A DNA stretch of 64,000 nt. Origin: the human T2T-CHM13v2.0 reference genome, Homo sapiens. The notes under the pieces were generated by a model. That model was not told where the DNA came from. It searched no databases and saw only the letters and a program-made list of their open reading frames with translations. Positions 53,329 through 64,000 of the stretch are shown piece by piece. Position 1 is the first letter of the stretch, and the number at the start of each line of letters is the position of its first letter. The stretch is taken from assembly GCF_009914755.1 (NCBI RefSeq), contig NC_060946.1; one strand, written 5' to 3'. The position numbers and the translations under genes are program-made.

Positions 53329-55091
53329 GGGAAACATTTACCAGGGACAATAAAGGCTTAGAAGAACCTTTTGGGGAAACTTTGTGAGGAGCACAATTCC
53401 AGAGGGCCCACAGCAGCCACAGCCTCCTGGCGTGACACCAGGCACACTGCCGGCTGCACAGGTTGCTGGGCACAGGCAGGCACAGCCAGTCTGGAAGAGC
53501 AGCCCGTCTTAAATCTTTGGTTTCTTTCCAACCAGGAGCAAACATTGGTAGAAAGAGCCAGGGCATATTTACTCTTTACACCCAGAATTTTCATTCATTA
53601 TTGAACCATTTGGCTTGCACAGTGCTCTCTGATAATGTGGTCCATAAAAACCACCATTAAAGCTGCCCTTTCACCTGATCTGGGTGGGGCTAAACGAGGA
53701 AACGAGAAGTTTCCTGTATGCTTCAAAATATAAATCAATGCCAGGAAATTCTGAAAATGGATGCTGCCTGTTAAACATGAAATCACTAAGGGAGCTTCTG
53801 CAAAACCCACCCGGCAGCATGAGGAACGGTGTCTACAGCGTGCTCCAAACGGCCACGGCCCCGCTCCTTACAGATCAAAGTTTAAGCCGCATATTCTCAT
53901 ATTTCAAACAAAACTACGTTACAGACATCATCTACGTGGGCACGGATACACACTAAACAAGGACGTAGTACACAATTGAGGGGTGCCCCGGGGAGCGCGG
54001 CAGGAATGCCTTCCGGGAAGAATCCTCTGGTCGCCGGAGCCCTCGCGCTGCAGAGGAAACCAGCGATCCATCGTGGCTTCGAGGCAAAAGACAGACATCC
54101 GAGACGCAGTTTACACTACTCTGGCTTAAAAGGACAAGATGTTCAATAAATATAGAGAACTCAGTGTGAAGAAAAGACAAGGACAAATCTGGACCACGTG
54201 TACAGACTTCAGGCCCTGCCTCAGAGGAGTCCTGCGGGAGTCCAGGACCGGCCCCTCCTCCACGGATGGCCAGCTTCCTCCTGACTGCCCCCAAGCCCGG
54301 CTGTGTTAAGCACTTCGCGTCGATATAAAGCATTGGTATTTGACATTTTAACAGTAACAAACTTGCCAGTGCTTTACACACTGCCAGCTTCCAGAGCTTA
54401 TCATCCGTGCTCCCAGAACAGACGCCAAGGTCATGCTCCCAGCCGGATTGTCGTAGCCTCGCCGCCGTGATGAGGCAGGTGTGGAGGCCCCAGCAGCCTT
54501 CCCGGCGCTGGCGTGGAGGCCCCTCCCGCGGATCACCTGAAGCAGGGCCACGTTGCATTGCAGTTGCACAGTATTGTAAGGATCAAGCAGCGATGTCCTA
54601 ACCGTAAACGAAGAGGAAGGTGAAATGAAGGCAAAGAGAATCAACCACTTCCCAAAACTTGGCCACAAACCGTTACAGAATAAGTCCTGCAAAGTGGATC
54701 AAAGTGACCCACTGCTACCTCAGGCCCAGATGGTGTGACCTGCGTGGAAATCATATAATGTCCCTAACATTATTGCAATAGAGCCACTAACGGGCCATTT
54801 TCTAAACTACACTGTTGACATCGTTAAAACCTAAGAGGCCAGTGCCCCCAAGTGAGCAGCTGCATCCGCTGAGAGTAAGCGGCGTGGGCTGCAACCCGCA
54901 GATGCGTACAGAACTGAAAATGCCAAATATGTACACAAAATTGTTGACAAAAGGGTTTTCTTCTAAAATCAAGATTTAACTATCAAAAATAAATTTCTAC
55001 ATTTAAATGTATATATCAACATAATTGGTCTGTAATAATTATCTTAAATAGTTTTCACACTTTCCCAGTTTGTGAGCAGGACGCCGGCTTC

Positions 55092-63275
<8,184 letters not shown>

Positions 63276-64000
63276 CTGGGAACAGAGTGCAGTGAAGAAA
63301 AAACATCCACAAGGGTCATTGCTTGGTTAGGATGCTGTGCTGGGCAGCTTCAGAAATGTCGCTGAGCGCGCATCTGCCTAAACCGTCTGCAGGAGGGAGA
63401 GGCCGGGCCTGCTTCAGGCCATGTCACCATTGAAGGCAGTGGCAGGGTCTCTGCCCTCCCTCAGGACAACAGCACGTCTAGTCATAGTGCTGGTGCCTTC
63501 TGACACCCAGTGATGCTGGGACAGCCAGGGCTATGGCCACTCTTGACGCTGGCAAAGTGGGGCCTTTGCCATTAGCCACCCCTCATAGCCTCGATGATGT
63601 GGCCTGTGGGCTCCAGTGGCTCAGGGTCATCCCCTCCACCTCTTCATGAGGGTCAGTGATGCCCCCACCTGCCTCAGGGCTTGGCCCCCACTGGGGTCAG
63701 CCACAGCCCCTGTGACGTCCTGAACAGCTCAGGACAGAGGCCAGGGCCGCTGCCACCCAAAGTCTGGGGCCACCCTCCAGGCAAACGTGTGCGCTGTCCA
63801 CGGGGCTGCCAGCAGCCTGGCACCCGGGCTGTCTGGGAAACACCACCCAGCAGGACAGCAGGGACTGGGCAGGAGGCAGGAGAGGGGCCCCAGGGTGTCG
63901 TGGGCCACACCAGGAGCCAGGCCGTGTCCTGTGAGTCTCAGGGCGACTTCACTCCTCCGTGTCTGATGCTGGGGCTGGTGCTGCCCTGTATGACATCTGG

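Larger units (their letters stand above)
52360..55091 (-). other. CERK: CERK 3'UTR (end approximate)
   Basis: From the stop codon to the first AATAAA (minus) that has a downstream GU/U-rich element. Confidence 0.8.

Noticed and set aside
53953-54558. 201-aa ORF inside the CERK 3'UTR
   Set aside because: No recognisable homology or support; it lies downstream of the true stop codon

Overview
Human (primate) genomic DNA, recognisable as the chr22q13.31 tail-to-tail pair GRAMD4 (+) and CERK (-). GRAMD4: 17 coding exons (approx. exons 3-19) were traced by hand from 5111 to the stop at 45036. All are GT-AG and phase-consistent, totalling 1575 nt (524 aa + stop); the first ~54 aa lie upstream of the window. 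The 3'UTR runs to an AATAAA at 47545. CERK: the last 5 coding exons (approx. 9-13, 63275 down to 55092) plus a ~2.7 kb Alu-containing 3'UTR ending near 52365. The rest is intronic/intergenic: many Alus, MaLR and ERV1 solo LTRs, MER58, old L1 pieces and an unusually rich set of VNTRs and microsatellites. These repeats explain nearly all long ORFs in the six-frame track. I see no evidence for a new protein-coding system. The best leads are RNA-level. (1) A candidate alternative last exon of GRAMD4 built from an L1 reverse-transcriptase relic plus an LTR poly(A) signal. (2) Two ~1 kb mutually complementary microsatellites in one intron. (3) A VNTR made of decoy 5' splice sites. (4) A UG-rich array beside a cryptic donor. 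(5) A 66-nt intron. Gene names, exon numbers and repeat families come from recognition, not from database searches.
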